A stretch of DNA of 64,000 nt. Origin: Heterodontus francisci. Lineage: Eukaryota. Under the pieces are notes generated by a model, which was not told the origin of the DNA, ran no database searches, and was given only the letters and a program-made list of their open reading frames with translations. This document shows, piece by piece, positions 61,210 to 64,000 of this stretch (position 1 is its first letter; every line of letters starts with the position of its first letter). A program made the translations under genes and the position numbers. Where the stretch lies: NCBI RefSeq assembly GCF_036365525.1, contig NC_090373.1, positions 98,241,461 to 98,305,460 on the forward strand, given 5' to 3'.

Positions 61210-64000
61210 TACCTGGCGTCCGGGGCAGCGGTGGAACTGAAAGGAACAGGGCTGAAAATCTATAAAGAGCGGGGCTCGAGGCCCTTCACCTGCCTGACGT
61301 TAGAGACGGCGGCGGACTCTCTGACTGTTCCTGAGTGCGCTCTCTTTGGATTTAGTAAATACAATAAGAAAAGTGACATCAGTGAAATTCTGGGTGCTGA
61401 TTGGTCAGTGGGCGGCACCTGTTATTGGCTGGGGATATCTGTGATTGATTTGGAGTTTTAAAAAAAGGTTCCTTTTGAATTAAAGTCCTCGGATACCTAC
61501 CTATAAATTTTTAATATTTACTGGCTATTCTAGTGCTGTTTGCATGGAGTGAGGCTGTAAGTTAAGTGTGGGTATTTCCACAGCTGGGGGCTGTTGAAGG
61601 TGCTCTTTGCTCGTTTTCTTTCTCAGCCTCAAAGGTACAGGTGATAAAAGCTGATTGTAAATAGCTGGTAAGTTATTACACTAGCAAGTTTTCTTTCTTC
61701 ATTGTAGAAGTAAGTAATGGCGGGGCAGCTTGGCCAAGCGGAATGTACCTCCTGTGCAATGTGGGAAGTCGTGGAAGTGCCATGGGACCTTGGTGAACAT
61801 GTCTACAGAAAGTGTCTCCGGTTGCAGAAGCTTGAGCTTCGGGTTTCGGAGCTCAAGCGGCGGCTGGAGTCATTGTGGCGCATCCGCGAGGTGGAGGACT
61901 ACGTGGATGGTAAGTTTCAGGAGGTAGTCAAGCCGGTGCCTAGGTGAGCACAGTCGGGGGGTGACTTGGTGGATGCCAGACGGACAAAGAAGTCAGGACT
62001 GGTAGTGCAGGAATCCCCAGAGGACATCCCACTTTCTAACTGGTATTCAGTTCTGAGTACCGATAGGAGAGAGGGTTCCTCTGGAGAATGCACCGAGAAT
62101 CATGACTGGAATGTCATGGCTGACTCAGCTGTGCTGGGATGGAGAAAAAGGGACAAGAGGGCAATAGTGGTAGGGGATTCTATTGTTAGAGGAACAGATA
62201 GGCGTTTCTGTGGTTGCAGATGTGATTCCAGGATAGAACGTTGCCTCCCTGGTGCAAGGGTCTTGGATATCACTGAGCGGCTACAAAGTATTCTGGAGGG
62301 TGAGGGTGCACAGCCGGAGGTCGTGGTCCACGTTGGTACCAATGAGATAGGTAGAAAGAGGGATGAAGTCCTGCAAAAAGAATTTAAGGAGCTAGGCAGC
62401 AGATTAAAAAGTAGGACCTCAGGGATTGTAATCTTTGGGTTTCTTCCAATGCCACGGGCTAGTGAGTATATGAATAGGAGGTTAGAGCAGATGAATGCAT
62501 GTTTGGGGAGATGGTGCAGGAGGGAGGGCTTTAGATTCTTGGATCACTAGGCCTGTTTCTGGCGAAGGTGGGATCTGTATAAGATGGTCGGGACCAGCAT
62601 CCTTGCTGGGAGGTTTGCTAGTGCTGTTGGTGGGGGTTTAAACTAATTTTGCATGGGGATGGGATACAGAGTGGAAGCACAGTCGGGGGTGATGTACAAT
62701 CAAATATAAATGTGAAGCTAAGTCAGTCTGGAGGTCAGAGTAAATGTAGATCTGTGAAGGCTCAGGCAAATAATGCAAGGCTGGATTGTATCTATTTTAA
62801 TGCAAGGAGTCTTACTAGTAAGGCAGATGAATTGAGGGCGTTGATTAACACATGCGAATATGATATTATTGCTATTACTGATACATGGTTGAGGTAAGGG
62901 CAGGACTGGCAGCGTAATATCCTAGGGTATAGAATCTTCAGATGCGATAGGGGAGGGGGTAAAAGAGGAGCTGGCATTGCACTGTTGATTAAAGAGACAA
63001 TTACTGCAGTAAGAAGGTTCCTCTAATGAGGCCATTTGGGTAGAACTTCAAAACAAAAAGGCGGCTATTACTTGGTTGGGAGTGTATTACAGGCCTACAA
63101 ACAGTCAGGCAGTGGTAGAGGAGCAGATATGTAGGCAAATCTGAGAGGTGCAATAATAATAGGGTAATAATAGTAGGAGATTTCAATTTCCCCTATGTTA
63201 GACAGGATAGTATTAGTGCAAAAGGCTTAAAGGGGGCAGAATTCTTCAAGTGCATTCAGGAGAGCTTTTTGAGCCAGCACGTAGAGAGTCCTACAAGAGG
63301 AGGAGCAGTACTGGACTTAATCCTAGGGAATGAAGCCAGACAAGTGGTAGAACTGTCAATGGGGGAGCATTTCGGGGATAGTGACCATAACTCTGTAAGA
63401 TTTAAGGTAGTTATGGAAAAGGACATAGAGGGACCGGAAATAAGAGTACTGAATTGGGGGAAGGCAGATTTCAATATGATAAAACAGGATCTGGCTAAAG
63501 TGAACTGGGAGCAGCTTCTTATAGGAAAGTCTACATCAGACCAGTGGGAGTCATTTAGCAGGGAAATTGTGAGGGTTCAGGTGCAGCATGTTCCTGTAAA
63601 GGTGAAGAGCAGGACCAAAAAGTCAAGAGAACCCTGGATGTCAAGGGATATAGAGGATTGGATAAGGAAAAAAAGGAGGCATATGGCAGATTCAGAGTGC
63701 TGAAAACAGCGGAGGCCCTAGAGGAGTATAGAAAGTGTAGGGGAGTACTTAAAAAAGTAATTAGGAGAACGAAGAGGGGGCATGAAAAATCACCGGCAGA
63801 CAAGATAAAGGAAAATCCCAAGGCGTTTTATAAGTATGTTAGGGGCAAGAGGATAATCAGGGAAAAAGTGGGGCCCATTAGGGATCAAAGAGGCAATCTG
63901 TGTGTGGAGCCGGAGGACATAGGTGAGGTTTTGAATGATTACTTTTCATCTGTGTTCACTATGGAGAGGGACGATGGAGGTGTATGTGATAAGGGAGGGA
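61210..64000 (+). mobile_element. CR1 LINE 5' half (5' UTR, ORF1 esterase, ORF2 endonuclease), running off the window
   Basis: ORF1 61717-~62646 (ECTSCAMW, IVVGDSIVRG, HVGTNEIG); ORF2 from ~62780 (YFNARSL, GDFN, LDLILGN, SDHN); several stops. Confidence 0.93.

Overview
This is non-genic or intronic vertebrate DNA, most likely from a cartilaginous fish: it carries HE1-like V-SINEs and shark-type CR1 and Penelope families. Most of the window is decayed transposable elements: CR1 LINEs (two with zinc-finger/SGNH-esterase ORF1), a second CR1-group LINE family ('family A'), L2 and RTE fragments, Penelope-like elements with hammerhead-ribozyme motifs, PIF/Harbinger elements and MITEs, hAT MITEs and several solo LTRs with clean target-site duplications (TSDs). 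The dominant feature is an 11.8-kb Gmr1-like Gypsy element (48001-59790; order gag-PR-IN-RT; IN core and RNase H missing; RT catalytically dead). It carries nested CR1 > LINE-A > SINE insertions. Directly behind its 5' LTR lies a polarised tandem array of about 8 'LTR-end + tRNA-Pro primer-binding-site (PBS)' units, the most unusual structure here. No intact or identifiable host gene was found, only a few low-confidence candidate exons. Boundaries without a TSD or terminal inverted repeat (TIR) are approximate, and all family assignments come from motif recognition, not database searches.
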